IMG/VR virus record: IMGVR_UViG_3300044491_001791
Length of the DNA: 64,000 nt
Source of the DNA: an uncultured virus (IMG/VR IMGVR_UViG_3300044491_001791)
Taxonomy: Duplodnaviria; Heunggongvirae; Uroviricota; Caudoviricetes
Strand: one strand, 5' to 3'
Shown: positions 29,135 to 38,378 of the stretch, one piece after another
Layout of the letters: the number at the start of each line of letters is the position of its first letter
Position numbering within the stretch: the stretch's first letter is position 1
Position numbers and translations under genes: made by a program
Notes under the pieces: generated by a model
What the model was told of the DNA's origin: nothing
The model's database searches: none
What the model saw: only the letters and a program-made list of their open reading frames with translations

Positions 29135-29863
29135 TTACTTGGTTTGAGCAGGAAGAATGTAATTGTATTCTGCCAAACCACTGTCAACAGTAAGTTGCAT
29201 AGCACCTTGATCTGAAATGCTCATTGTAACTTTACCGTCGAGGTTAAGAATTGCTTGTACCTGTGCTACAGGCCATGCCCATGCGTGTTTCAAACTTCCT
29301 TGAACATCTGTATGGAATACAAATGATCCTGCGTGTTGTGATGCATCACCAAAACTAAACACAAGGTTATTGTTATCTGTTTTAACTGTAAACACAGTTT
29401 CTTCAGAATGTGCAAGACTTTGAAACTTCATTCTTTGAATTGCCGCCATAGTTGGTTCAACTACAACGTCCCAAGCCGCACCTTTAAATTTAACAGTCTT
29501 AAGTTTTTCTTCAATGATTTGCTTGTTCATAAAGCGATAATCATTTTCAAAGTCGCCTGCTTCATTTTCAAAGTGAATGTGTGTTGGAACTGTTTCACCA
29601 TTACGTTCTGCTTGTTCAACAGTAATCTTAGAATTCTTTTGATATTCTGGACACTTCAAATGCAAACTTAATTTGTCTAAGTTAGGCATTCCAAATGTAC
29701 CTATAAATTCTGCTACAGGGTTTTTTGTTTTAGAACTAAGAATCACAGAACGATCTTCTGCCATTGATTCGATAGTTGTATCTGCTTCGTTTGTTACTTT
29801 CACAATGTTAAGAAATCCTAACGAATGTGTATGGGCAACGATATCTTGTAAAATGTCTTTCAT
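29135..29863 (-). CDS. Probable DNA polymerase sliding clamp
   Basis: 242 aa with repeating beta-alpha-beta pattern; C-terminal YNYILPA; near polB. Confidence 0.6.
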   Translation of the reverse strand: MKDILQDIVAHTHSLGFLNIVKVTNEADTTIESMAEDRSVILSSKTKNPVAEFIGTFGMPNLDKLSLHLKCPEYQKNSKITVEQAERNGETVPTHIHFENEAGDFENDYRFMNKQIIEEKLKTVKFKGAAWDVVVEPTMAAIQRMKFQSLAHSEETVFTVKTDNNNLVFSFGDASQHAGSFVFHTDVQGSLKHAWAWPVAQVQAILNLDGKVTMSISDQGAMQLTVDSGLAEYNYILPAQTK

Positions 29864-29884
29864 GATTGGTCTCCTATTGTTTAT

Positions 29885-29913
29885 ATTATATTTAGAAAAT
29901 TATGATTTGTCAA
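29885..29913 (-). promoter_or_regulatory. Sigma70-type promoter
   Basis: TTGACA-17-TATAAT. Confidence 0.8.
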
Positions 29914-30637
29914 GTGTTTTTTCTTGGCTAACAAAACTTAATGCATCAATTTCAGGCTTCCACCCAATACTTGTTAATTGAGTAATATCTGCAATATTGT
30001 CTTTTCGTTCGTGTTCGTCGCCAAACCTTTCTTCATACTTTTCTAATCCTACTGCTTTACAGTAATCTGATAATGGCCTTGAAATACCAGTACCAACATC
30101 AATTACTCCTGTTAAATCATTTGTTAACAATTGAGTAACTGCTCTACACACATCTGAGATGTGTATAAAATCTCTTTTATGATCTACATTAATAAATGTA
30201 ACTTCATTGTTTAATAACTTTGGTATGAACATATAGTCTCTACCTTCTCCACCAATAACAGTTGTAAACCTTAACCCTAAACATTGTTGTGGTGCTAATC
30301 TTTCTACAACATACTTGGACATTGCATATGGATTTCTTTGTGGTTCTTTTGCAGTACTTGAACTTGCATATAAGATTCTTGTATTTGGAAATGCTTTAAA
30401 TAATCTATTAGATGCAACAACATTATTATCAAAGTATTCTTGCGGGTTTGCAAGACTCTTTCTTACACCACTCATTGCCGCTAAATGTACAATTACATCT
30501 ACGTCATAATCTAAATTACAATTAAGTAAATCGTTACCTGACTTAATGTCTAAACCGATTACTTCGTGAACTCCTGCCCAAAACTTTTTAAGTGTTGAAC
30601 CAATCATTCCGTCACTGCCTGTTAATAAAATCTTCAT
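29900..30637 (-). CDS. NAD-dependent epimerase/dehydratase
   Basis: TGSDGMIG, HLAA, ASSS, YAMSK, RDFIH. Confidence 0.9.
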   Translation of the reverse strand: MKILLTGSDGMIGSTLKKFWAGVHEVIGLDIKSGNDLLNCNLDYDVDVIVHLAAMSGVRKSLANPQEYFDNNVVASNRLFKAFPNTRILYASSSTAKEPQRNPYAMSKYVVERLAPQQCLGLRFTTVIGGEGRDYMFIPKLLNNEVTFINVDHKRDFIHISDVCRAVTQLLTNDLTGVIDVGTGISRPLSDYCKAVGLEKYEERFGDEHERKDNIADITQLTSIGWKPEIDALSFVSQEKTLDKS

Positions 30638-31026
30638 GCCGCGATCTCCTCCTCAATATATCTCTTGAGTTCGTGATCACCTACGTCCTCAGGTATTTCA
30701 TTTTTATAAAAAAGTCTATAACTGTCAGAACCGTACTTGCCAATACCGTGTAGTTGTGTAGCATCTTCACCGTCCCAATCTCCAAACTGTTCGCTCATTC
30801 GATACAGTCTTTCTGCTCGAACGTGCTTCATACCAAGCGGAGCAATTACTTCTTCAATCTCTCTGCGTGTTGCGTGTAATAAACTTGTGTGAGTAGGCCA
30901 CTTAGCAAAAAACTTAGGTAGCACTGCTTTTACTTGTTTACGATTAGTTAGATTCAAACAGATAACACCGACCATATGTTGCCATACGTTATCTACTTGT
31001 TGTTGTACCATTAGATCATCACGCAT
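30634..31026 (-). CDS. HhH-GPD DNA glycosylase, MBD4-like
   Basis: W..V..I.LN.T, PLGM, LHGIGKYGSDSYRLF, DHEL. Confidence 0.8.
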   Translation of the reverse strand: MRDDLMVQQQVDNVWQHMVGVICLNLTNRKQVKAVLPKFFAKWPTHTSLLHATRREIEEVIAPLGMKHVRAERLYRMSEQFGDWDGEDATQLHGIGKYGSDSYRLFYKNEIPEDVGDHELKRYIEEEIAA

Positions 31027-31348
31027 TGGATCTTCTTCCGTCAAACACACAAACAAAATAAAGTTCTTCATTGTCTGAGTGTACTCTATGGAACACACCA
31101 TCTTTAATCAATACAGTGTCTCCTGGATTAACATTGAATGTTTCATCATCAAGTTCCATACGCCCACTACCATCAAGAAAGAAATAAACTTCTTCTTGTC
31201 CTTCGTGCTTGTGTCCTGTTGTACTTTTTCTTGGATTTAATCTTGTAGAACTTACAACAAGATTTTTTAATTCTGTATTGTCCTTAACAAAATAACGATC
31301 GTCTTGTTTAACTACAGTTCCACCGATATCCCAATTACCATATTTCAT
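31019..31348 (-). CDS. Cupin domain protein
   Basis: GHKHEGQEEVY...G.G...FHRV. Confidence 0.85.
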   Translation of the reverse strand: MKYGNWDIGGTVVKQDDRYFVKDNTELKNLVVSSTRLNPRKSTTGHKHEGQEEVYFFLDGSGRMELDDETFNVNPGDTVLIKDGVFHRVHSDNEELYFVCVFDGRRSNA

Positions 31349-31884
31349 TTTTTTACTCCAAAATGTTTATAAGATTTTTGTACACATTTTGCTTGATAGA
31401 AACAATCTGCAAGTGCATTGTGTAAACTTTCTTGAATATCTTTTCTCGGATCATATGGCATCATAGCAAACAGTGTTCTGCTATCTCTAATTTGCCAGTA
31501 GTTCCACGGGCAAGGCTTTTCAATGTTCTTATAAAAGTTTTGTAATATTGTAAAGTCAAATGTTGGACCTTGGCACCAAATGTAATCTAATCCTACACAC
31601 CATTTGTTAAGTTGCTTTGCAAGACTATCACAAGTAACACGTTCATGATCGCCAAAGGCTTCATCTTGTATTTCTTTTGATTGTTTCCCCCACCAAGCCA
31701 ACGTATTTTCATCAATAGTACGATTGTACTTCTCTGACTGTTCTTCTACGTCTACACGTAGATATAGTGGCGTATGTGGCTCTGTATCACTGAACGGATC
31801 AAACTTAACAGCACCAAGAGTCATTATTACACTATCGGGTTCAACTCCGAGTGTCTCTAAGTCAATCATTCCGTGAGTAGCCAT
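31345..31884 (-). CDS. DEDDh 3'-5' exonuclease
   Basis: IDLETL, FD, RD.RT, HNALAD. Confidence 0.88.
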   Translation of the reverse strand: MATHGMIDLETLGVEPDSVIMTLGAVKFDPFSDTEPHTPLYLRVDVEEQSEKYNRTIDENTLAWWGKQSKEIQDEAFGDHERVTCDSLAKQLNKWCVGLDYIWCQGPTFDFTILQNFYKNIEKPCPWNYWQIRDSRTLFAMMPYDPRKDIQESLHNALADCFYQAKCVQKSYKHFGVKK

Positions 31885-31885
31885 A

Positions 31886-32011
31886 TTAAATTACCTTCAC
31901 TAAAATTACTATTTGAAGTATTAGCACAGCAATTGGAACAACAGTTCTAATTAGTTCCATAGTGTGATTATACTCGTCAAGTTTTCTTTCAAGTTTATTT
32001 CTTCTTGCCAT
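31886..32011 (-). CDS. 41-aa membrane peptide (not in the ORF track)
   Basis: MARRNKLERKLDEYNHTMELIRTVVPIAVLILQIVILVKVI; fills the polB-exonuclease gap. Confidence 0.65.
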   Translation of the reverse strand: MARRNKLERKLDEYNHTMELIRTVVPIAVLILQIVILVKVI

Positions 32012-32021
32012 AATCGCCTTT

Positions 32022-34691
32022 CTATCCTCCAAAATCAAATAAGTTGCTAAATGTGTTTTTAGTTTTTGTGCTTTCTAAATCATAGTTAAGCACACCAATT
32101 AAGTTATCAAGTTTGTTGTCAATAATTGTACCCTCCATTGCATCACCATCAAACGGAAGATCTTTGAACCATTGTGGTAAGTGCATTTCGTCTACAGGAT
32201 ATGCAACACTTGTATAACCCATTGGGTTTTGTTTTAGTTTGCAAACAATAACTTTCATACCGTCTACAATCTCTTGAGAATATTTGTCACCGTTCATACG
32301 TTTAAGTGTGTTCCAGTTAATACTTGCTCTTACGTGACCTGGCATATTAGCCTTGCCCTGTTTCTTTTCAAGACGCTCATAATGACCAATCTTGTTTGCA
32401 CGTTTAGGTGAACCTTTTTCCCAACCTGGACGACTCTTAAATTCTGTTCTAAATTCAGTAATGCGATCAAGAAGTTTATCTTCATCTGCTTCTTGTAACA
32501 CCATAAGCAATAGTTCACTTAAGAAGTCCTGCATAAACACTGGAGTATCAGATCTTTTAAGATCAAGACCCATTGCTTTTACTTTGCCCGGCTTACCGTC
32601 TACGTCTTTTCTGTTACCTTCTTCGTCATATACTAATGCCGCATAACGTTTCTTTGTAATATACAAGCCTGACTCTGCAACAATCTCTCTACCCGCGGCA
32701 ATAACTTCTGCACGACTCTTTGGACAATGAAATGTATCAGCCATAAACTTACTGAATGACTTATTTGCTTCGTCACAGATTTGATCATAAAGTGCAATTA
32801 CACTATCTTTAGTCCACGAAATCTTACCAGCATCAATATCTTGTTTAAGGATAGGATATGCACTAAAATACACAGAGTCTGTATCACCGTATATGATACA
32901 TTTACCTACGTGATTATAATCGCCTGTTGCTACTTTGTTTACTTCAGCGGCCATGTGTTTTGCAATCTGTCTACCTGTAAGTGTAGTTGATTGACCAATA
33001 CGTGGGTCAAAGAATCTACAACCTGGATTTAGAATAGCACCATACAAACTATTTAGGTTAATCTTTTTAACCAACTGTCGTTTGTCCCAAAACTCAATCT
33101 CTGCTTTATTTCCTGCATTGATTGCCTTTTGTTTCATAGCCTGCATTTCTTTACGTTCACTGTACCAACGTTTTAGTAGTCCAGGAATAATACCTTCAAA
33201 TTCATATGTAAAGATTGTACCATTTGCACTAAGCATCCAAGGGTTATTACTATCAAATATAACTTTAGATATTTGTGCTCCGCTCATTACTTCTGACTGT
33301 CCGTTCTCCCAGTCAACAGTAATACTAATATCTCTACGTTCTTCCATAACAGCATCAAACTCTATAGTTCCAAATCGGCCTTCCCAAGCCGCCGCAAATG
33401 ATTTCTTCTTCAAGTCCATTTGTTCGCCGAGATATTTGTTTGTGTGTTCGGGTCGTAGTTGACCAATGATCGTTTCAGGAGCCATATTCAATGCACGAAT
33501 TACACTTGGATACAGTGAGTTCAAGTCCATCGAACCAATCCATTTGTGTACTCCTACTTTAGGAAATGCCACATAAGCACCTGCCGCTGGATCACTGCCT
33601 GGCTCACGTCTAATTCTATTAGGTACTTGCATACCTCTGTGATGTGATTCGTTGATAATTGCTTGTTCTGTAACTGCAACAGCACCCATTGTGGTCTGTA
33701 GCAAAACAGTATTTGCGTGTGCAAGTTCGTTACTAAGATCAATAAATCTTAGTTTTTTGTCCAACTTGTCCAGTAGTGCAACGTCTTGTCTGTTGTACTC
33801 AATGAACGTTCTGAAGTCATTGTTATAAAGTTGATCGAGTGTACCTTCGTACACAGTTTTCTTTTCACCGATCTCCATTTCACCAATAGCATCAAGTCTG
33901 TAAGTATGTCTTTCTTCATATGTGTATTTACGATATAATTCAAGACTATCTAAATGCACTCTACCTATTAGGTCATAGGTTTCTTGTGTTCTACCAAACT
34001 TTTCATATTCACGTTTCTTAGGAAACTGATCCCATAAACAGAAACGTCTTGTATCGTCTTTGCTTAGTACCTTTTGTACACGGTTAACAGTATATGGAAT
34101 ATCATAACCTTCACTGTTCCAACCACTGATAAGATCTGCATCTTGAATTAGATCAAGGAAGGTTTTTAACATATCGCCTTCATCTGCAAACAAATGTGTA
34201 TTAGGAAATTCTTTTACTTGTTCTTCTGCTTGTTCCATTGTAAGTGTTTTAGGCGGAATAGCAAGTGTTACAAGTGTATCCATCCACTGTAAATGTACTG
34301 TGATTGCAGTAATTGGCATAAATGGATCTGCCGGATCAGCAAAGCCTCGCTCTGGATCAAAGTCAGTCTCAATATCAAAGAACGCAATGTTTAGTTTAGG
34401 AGCATCATGGTTAAGATAGTTTTCACTTAAACATTGAAAGATCGGATTTACATCACTTTCGTATAGTTCTTTATTTTTGTTTATTGCTAATTCTTTGCGG
34501 AAATCTTTTGTATTCTTACAAACAATTCTATTCAAAGGCTTGCCGTGAATGCTTTTATACTTGCCTCGTTGATCAGCATAATAGAATGTGTATTTTACAG
34601 GATACTCAGTAAACGATCGTTTACCGTCTTTGCGTTCTACAACACGGATAATATCTGCGTTGCGGTCAAAATGTGCGTCTACATAACTCAT
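32022..34691 (-). CDS. Family B DNA polymerase (T4 gp43-like)
   Basis: DIET exonuclease motif, DLNSLYPS, KINLNSLYG, YGDTDS, KKRY. Confidence 0.95.
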   Translation of the reverse strand: MSYVDAHFDRNADIIRVVERKDGKRSFTEYPVKYTFYYADQRGKYKSIHGKPLNRIVCKNTKDFRKELAINKNKELYESDVNPIFQCLSENYLNHDAPKLNIAFFDIETDFDPERGFADPADPFMPITAITVHLQWMDTLVTLAIPPKTLTMEQAEEQVKEFPNTHLFADEGDMLKTFLDLIQDADLISGWNSEGYDIPYTVNRVQKVLSKDDTRRFCLWDQFPKKREYEKFGRTQETYDLIGRVHLDSLELYRKYTYEERHTYRLDAIGEMEIGEKKTVYEGTLDQLYNNDFRTFIEYNRQDVALLDKLDKKLRFIDLSNELAHANTVLLQTTMGAVAVTEQAIINESHHRGMQVPNRIRREPGSDPAAGAYVAFPKVGVHKWIGSMDLNSLYPSVIRALNMAPETIIGQLRPEHTNKYLGEQMDLKKKSFAAAWEGRFGTIEFDAVMEERRDISITVDWENGQSEVMSGAQISKVIFDSNNPWMLSANGTIFTYEFEGIIPGLLKRWYSERKEMQAMKQKAINAGNKAEIEFWDKRQLVKKINLNSLYGAILNPGCRFFDPRIGQSTTLTGRQIAKHMAAEVNKVATGDYNHVGKCIIYGDTDSVYFSAYPILKQDIDAGKISWTKDSVIALYDQICDEANKSFSKFMADTFHCPKSRAEVIAAGREIVAESGLYITKKRYAALVYDEEGNRKDVDGKPGKVKAMGLDLKRSDTPVFMQDFLSELLLMVLQEADEDKLLDRITEFRTEFKSRPGWEKGSPKRANKIGHYERLEKKQGKANMPGHVRASINWNTLKRMNGDKYSQEIVDGMKVIVCKLKQNPMGYTSVAYPVDEMHLPQWFKDLPFDGDAMEGTIIDNKLDNLIGVLNYDLESTKTKNTFSNLFDFGG

Positions 34692-34702
34692 GTTCTCTCC
34701 TA

Positions 34703-34720
34703 TGCCACTTTCGGCTGGCA
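34703..34720 (-). promoter_or_regulatory. Hairpin abutting the polB Shine-Dalgarno (possible translational operator)
   Basis: TGCCA-gcCGAAAG-TGGCA immediately before TAGGAG. Confidence 0.5.
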
Positions 34721-34738
34721 AATACCAATTTGTCGATC

Positions 34739-35011
34739 TTAGCCGACTAAACTATACAAGTGCTTACTAATGCCATAAGCATATATTATTGTAAGCGTTC
34801 CGTTTAAAACAATCAATGACTTTTCTTTCCAAAGTACTCCTACGATTGTCCAAAGTGTAGAAGCGATACCAAATACATAAGTTGCATACATTTCATTTGG
34901 AAAAAGTGAAAGTAGTGCCGCCGCTGTTAGCAGTATTGCAGTTGACAACCATGCTAACGATTGGTATGGTTTAGGTTGCGTCTTTATTGTTTTTAAAGTA
35001 TTCTTTGTCAT
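34739..35011 (-). CDS. Small membrane protein
   Basis: Three hydrophobic segments. Confidence 0.7.
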   Translation of the reverse strand: MTKNTLKTIKTQPKPYQSLAWLSTAILLTAAALLSLFPNEMYATYVFGIASTLWTIVGVLWKEKSLIVLNGTLTIIYAYGISKHLYSLVG

Positions 35012-35282
35012 TTTGTGCCTTGTCATCAATCCAAATATCATAGTGTGGCTTACCAAATCTTAAACTTGTGTAATTAACACCCCAATCTTCAAATTGTTTA
35101 ATTGTAAATTGTTCCCAGTCTTTGCCTGAATTTGCGCCTCTTGCTGTCCAATAATGTATTTCATGACCTTCGTCATGTAACTTATTAAAGTGCTCAATGC
35201 GTTCATTATTAGGTTTACTATTTTCATAATTACTATCGTTAGTATAGCAGATAGTACCATCAATGTCAACCATATATTTCAC
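34971..35282 (-). CDS. HAD-family phosphatase (capsule-biosynthesis type)
   Basis: DIDGT, WTAR, GKP, IDDK. Confidence 0.88.
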   Translation of the reverse strand: MKYMVDIDGTICYTNDSNYENSKPNNERIEHFNKLHDEGHEIHYWTARGANSGKDWEQFTIKQFEDWGVNYTSLRFGKPHYDIWIDDKAQNDKEYFKNNKDAT

Positions 35283-35283
35283 G

Positions 35284-35721
35284 TTATTGTCCTCTAATCT
35301 TCCTAAACTTCATGTTTTGGGGATATTCGTTATAATATCCTTTTTCTAAAAGTTTATTACTTGCTTCTTTAGTTTCATCTAATTTTTGGATAACAAAGAA
35401 TCTAATACTTGGATCATTTAAATCGTTTTCATAATCCATATATTTGTATTCAATAAACAATAAATTCTTGTCCAAAAAATACTTTGTTCTGCATAATCCA
35501 AAAAGTTCTTCGCCTTCGTTCCAATCATTTACATCGTGTAGTATTATTAACACAGCATGATGATCTTCAATATCATAATCAAATTCAAACATAACTTTCA
35601 TTACGTCTAAGTATTGATCTGTATGAAAACGTTTTACACGACTATTTGCCCAAGGGCATCTGCTTTTTGCTAATTCTTCTAAATGAGTATCTAACCATTT
35701 ATCAACCTTAGCAATATTCAT
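35284..35721 (-). CDS. Hypothetical protein
   Basis: CPWA motif; co-oriented. Confidence 0.65.
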   Translation of the reverse strand: MNIAKVDKWLDTHLEELAKSRCPWANSRVKRFHTDQYLDVMKVMFEFDYDIEDHHAVLIILHDVNDWNEGEELFGLCRTKYFLDKNLLFIEYKYMDYENDLNDPSIRFFVIQKLDETKEASNKLLEKGYYNEYPQNMKFRKIRGQ

Positions 35722-35722
35722 T

Positions 35723-36004
35723 TTAATACCAACCTGCGGCTATACCAAACCCGAATATGTTTACACAACTAAAATAAATTGTTAGCAACATAACCCAAGC
35801 CGCTCCACGTCTATATGCGGCATATGCTTGTGTTATACTACCTACAAAAAATCCTGGGTATACATACATCATGTTAGGATCTCTGGCAGTTATCGCTAAA
35901 GTAAGACTTGCTCCTACTGTAAAAATAAAACTAATAAGTTCAAATACAAATGCTGTTTTATCAGAGCGATAACTGTTTATCCAAAAGTCTTTTATTCGTT
36001 GCAA
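35723..36004 (-). CDS. Small membrane protein
   Basis: Three hydrophobic segments. Confidence 0.7.
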   Translation of the reverse strand: MQRIKDFWINSYRSDKTAFVFELISFIFTVGASLTLAITARDPNMMYVYPGFFVGSITQAYAAYRRGAAWVMLLTIYFSCVNIFGFGIAAGWY

Positions 36005-36006
36005 AA

Positions 36007-36267
36007 CTATTTGTCCTTACCAACTGTAACTACAAGTGTTTCGAGATCATCGAACTCGTCAGCAACTTTAGACCAGTCGCCTTTGTGTGCAATTTTAATT
36101 GCTCTGTTGATAAGACTTGCTTTAATATCAAGTTCTTCTGCTACTGCTTTAACAGTATCTTTCAAACCTGCACTTAAATCTTCAATCTCTCTCATTACGT
36201 TAGCACCTTCATTAACCAATCTTTCAAGTTTGGCTTTCTCGTCGGCACCGTATGTTCTGTCTGACAT
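36007..36267 (-). CDS. dsDNA-binding protein, T4 DsbA/GapR-like
   Basis: Helical KLERLV..IEDL...KDTVK...INRAIKIAHK; AGGAG SD. Confidence 0.65.
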   Translation of the reverse strand: MSDRTYGADEKAKLERLVNEGANVMREIEDLSAGLKDTVKAVAEELDIKASLINRAIKIAHKGDWSKVADEFDDLETLVVTVGKDK

Positions 36268-36295
36268 TAAGTAACTCCTATTGTTAATGTGTATT

Positions 36296-36324
36296 ATTAT
36301 ATATTCACTTACAGCGGAAGTCAA
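36296..36324 (-). promoter_or_regulatory. Sigma70-type promoter
   Basis: TTGACT-17-TATAAT. Confidence 0.8.
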
Positions 36325-36329
36325 GTAGT

Positions 36330-36926
36330 TTATTGAGACATTGCAAATAAATCAAAATATTTTTTAGTCCACCATTTTTCATTTTCTCGACTGTCAAATA
36401 CAATATTGTTGGTAGCAAAATGAGTTGGCCTTTCACGATATCGTATTTTGACCGGTCCAGCGTCGTGCCAAACATCAGGTGTTCGATTTACTATAAATCC
36501 TCTTGGTGCAGTTGCTCCAAACCTTTTTTGAAATGGTAATTGTGCAAAGTCTAAAATCCATTTAGGTGTTACTACCACTTGATGCGTAGCAATCATTCCA
36601 CCTTGGGTATGATCATTATGCCCAACTTTTGCGTTCCAACCTTTTGTAGGATGTTTGATATCTACTTCGTACTGTTTTACGTGTGCTTCAATTCCGTGAA
36701 GTCTTAATATTCTTCTTAGTATTTGTGACAGTAAGATACATTGGTTGCCAATTTCATACAGCATATCCATTTGATACATTCTGCAATACACTGTTACAAG
36801 TCTATAATCTAAATCGACAACATCTTTACCAACGGCTAAACTATAATCCTCTGGATTAAGATCCCAGTCTGGATCAAATTTCATTAGCGAATCAAAGAGT
36901 ACTCGACCTTGTTCATCTACGTTCAT
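36330..36926 (-). CDS. Transglutaminase/papain-like Cys-His-Asp protein
   Basis: GNQCILLS..L..HGI ... THQVVV...ILDF; GGAGG SD. Confidence 0.6.
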   Translation of the reverse strand: MNVDEQGRVLFDSLMKFDPDWDLNPEDYSLAVGKDVVDLDYRLVTVYCRMYQMDMLYEIGNQCILLSQILRRILRLHGIEAHVKQYEVDIKHPTKGWNAKVGHNDHTQGGMIATHQVVVTPKWILDFAQLPFQKRFGATAPRGFIVNRTPDVWHDAGPVKIRYRERPTHFATNNIVFDSRENEKWWTKKYFDLFAMSQ

Positions 36927-37092
36927 TGTGTTCCTCCATTAACATCGTTAATGGCGAGTGAACCGAACCGAATGTAACGTCACCTTATGTAAATAATAAC
37001 CTTTGTTTTGTCACCAGCCGTGTCGTACGCGATCACTGTCACCAAAAGTAGGCGTTCCTATAAGTTACCGTCAATCAGCATTAACGTAAAAG
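36927..37092 (-). ncRNA. Candidate structured cis-regulatory leader RNA
   Basis: Follows TAAATA (37093-37098); nested helices; closing helix competes with an SD-overlapping hairpin. Confidence 0.6.
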
Positions 37093-37103
37093 TATTTATG
37101 GTT

Positions 37104-37664
37104 TTATGTTTGACTTGATAGTCGATGTGAGACTTTACTAATTAAGTACTGCAAAGACACATTAGACCATATGTTATGATCTTGCGGTTCATAATCATAG
37201 ATAGGCACTATATTTTTCATTTCTGGAATAAATTCTTTAGTTATTAAATTACCAATATAAATTGATTCTTTTACCTTTGTAGTATCAGTAAGTTCTACAT
37301 CAAACAGTGTTGGGCCGTTAAACATAAGTTGTTCAAACTCAACAGTTTCTCCTTCGTTAATTGTAATTGGAAATGGTTGTGCTTCTAATTCATATCCATT
37401 AAATTTATACAAAGGTGTTTCAATTGGTTGATCAAATGTAATTTTTCCTTTCTTTCCATTTAGGATAGCAGGATAATCTACCAAACATTTTTCTAATGTA
37501 AGTGATCCTTTAGTTACTTCAATTTTAATATTGCAACTATCGTGTAGAGTTGTTTCTGTAGAAAAACTATAAATTAAATCTGTATTAGATGATTCTGATA
37601 ATTCTTGATTGATATAAACTTTGTATTCAGCATTGTTAATGCCATAAAGTTTTAAGGTACGCAT
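37104..37664 (-). CDS. Hypothetical protein
   Basis: TAAGTA late-like motif and AAGGA upstream. Confidence 0.65.
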   Translation of the reverse strand: MRTLKLYGINNAEYKVYINQELSESSNTDLIYSFSTETTLHDSCNIKIEVTKGSLTLEKCLVDYPAILNGKKGKITFDQPIETPLYKFNGYELEAQPFPITINEGETVEFEQLMFNGPTLFDVELTDTTKVKESIYIGNLITKEFIPEMKNIVPIYDYEPQDHNIWSNVSLQYLISKVSHRLSSQT

Positions 37665-37699
37665 AATATTCCTTTCAAAGTGTAAAAATACTTATGCGT

Positions 37700-38350
37700 T
37701 TATGTGTCGAGGGTTTCGTCTTTTGACTTGTATGCCCATTCGTCAGTGTGTCCTACACTCCACTTAGGTGTGTTTTCAACTGTGTAGTTTTGGGTACATA
37801 CTTTGAAGTCCGGAGTAAGTTTCTTATCCGGAACTAAACTTTGATCAGTCCAAACAATTCTATTATTTGGTTGTGCGGTAAATTGGCCGTTTTCTAATTT
37901 AATAAAGTTAAATGATTTGTGTTCTGGGTCGTGTTCTGAAAAGTTTACGTTTAATGAATTATTATCTCTATGGCAAGTATCAAGTGTAAACATATATTCG
38001 CCTTTGTGCATTTTTCGATCTTTACCAAAGAACTCGCAATCGCATAGCATAGGCTTTTTAATTACTGTAATGTCGTAATCAAAACAATCCCATATTTGTA
38101 AATGGTCTAATGGAAGTTGGTTGTCTTTGTCGTAATCTTCTTTCCAAACAAATGCACTAATAGGTAGTTTGTCGTATAATGCACCGTACTCAGTTAACAG
38201 TGTTTCAATGTATAGTGCTTTACTTTCTATGCTTCTAATTGAAATCCAAATGCCAGGAGTAAGTTCTCCGTGTCCTTTTTGATGATCGTAGAGGTATTCT
38301 TTTTTAACAAAGACTTCAACAGGCGGTAGGTTATGCACAAGAAAAGACAT
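37700..38350 (-). CDS. Hypothetical phage protein
   Basis: TAAATA + AAGGAG; GALYDKLPI..WDC..AQPNNR. Confidence 0.8.
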   Translation of the reverse strand: MSFLVHNLPPVEVFVKKEYLYDHQKGHGELTPGIWISIRSIESKALYIETLLTEYGALYDKLPISAFVWKEDYDKDNQLPLDHLQIWDCFDYDITVIKKPMLCDCEFFGKDRKMHKGEYMFTLDTCHRDNNSLNVNFSEHDPEHKSFNFIKLENGQFTAQPNNRIVWTDQSLVPDKKLTPDFKVCTQNYTVENTPKWSVGHTDEWAYKSKDETLDT

Positions 38351-38378
38351 AGTGCTCCTTTAAGTTTGTTTAGTGTAT

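Noticed and set aside
36330..37045. Lasso-peptide system (B-like peptidase + precursor with Thr at -2)
   Set aside because: No lasso cyclase or RRE nearby, and the putative core lacks Asp/Glu at positions 7-9
36927..37092. Retron msr-msd interpretation of the terminal inverted repeats
   Set aside because: No reverse transcriptase in the window; the repeat overlaps an SD-hairpin, which favours cis-regulation
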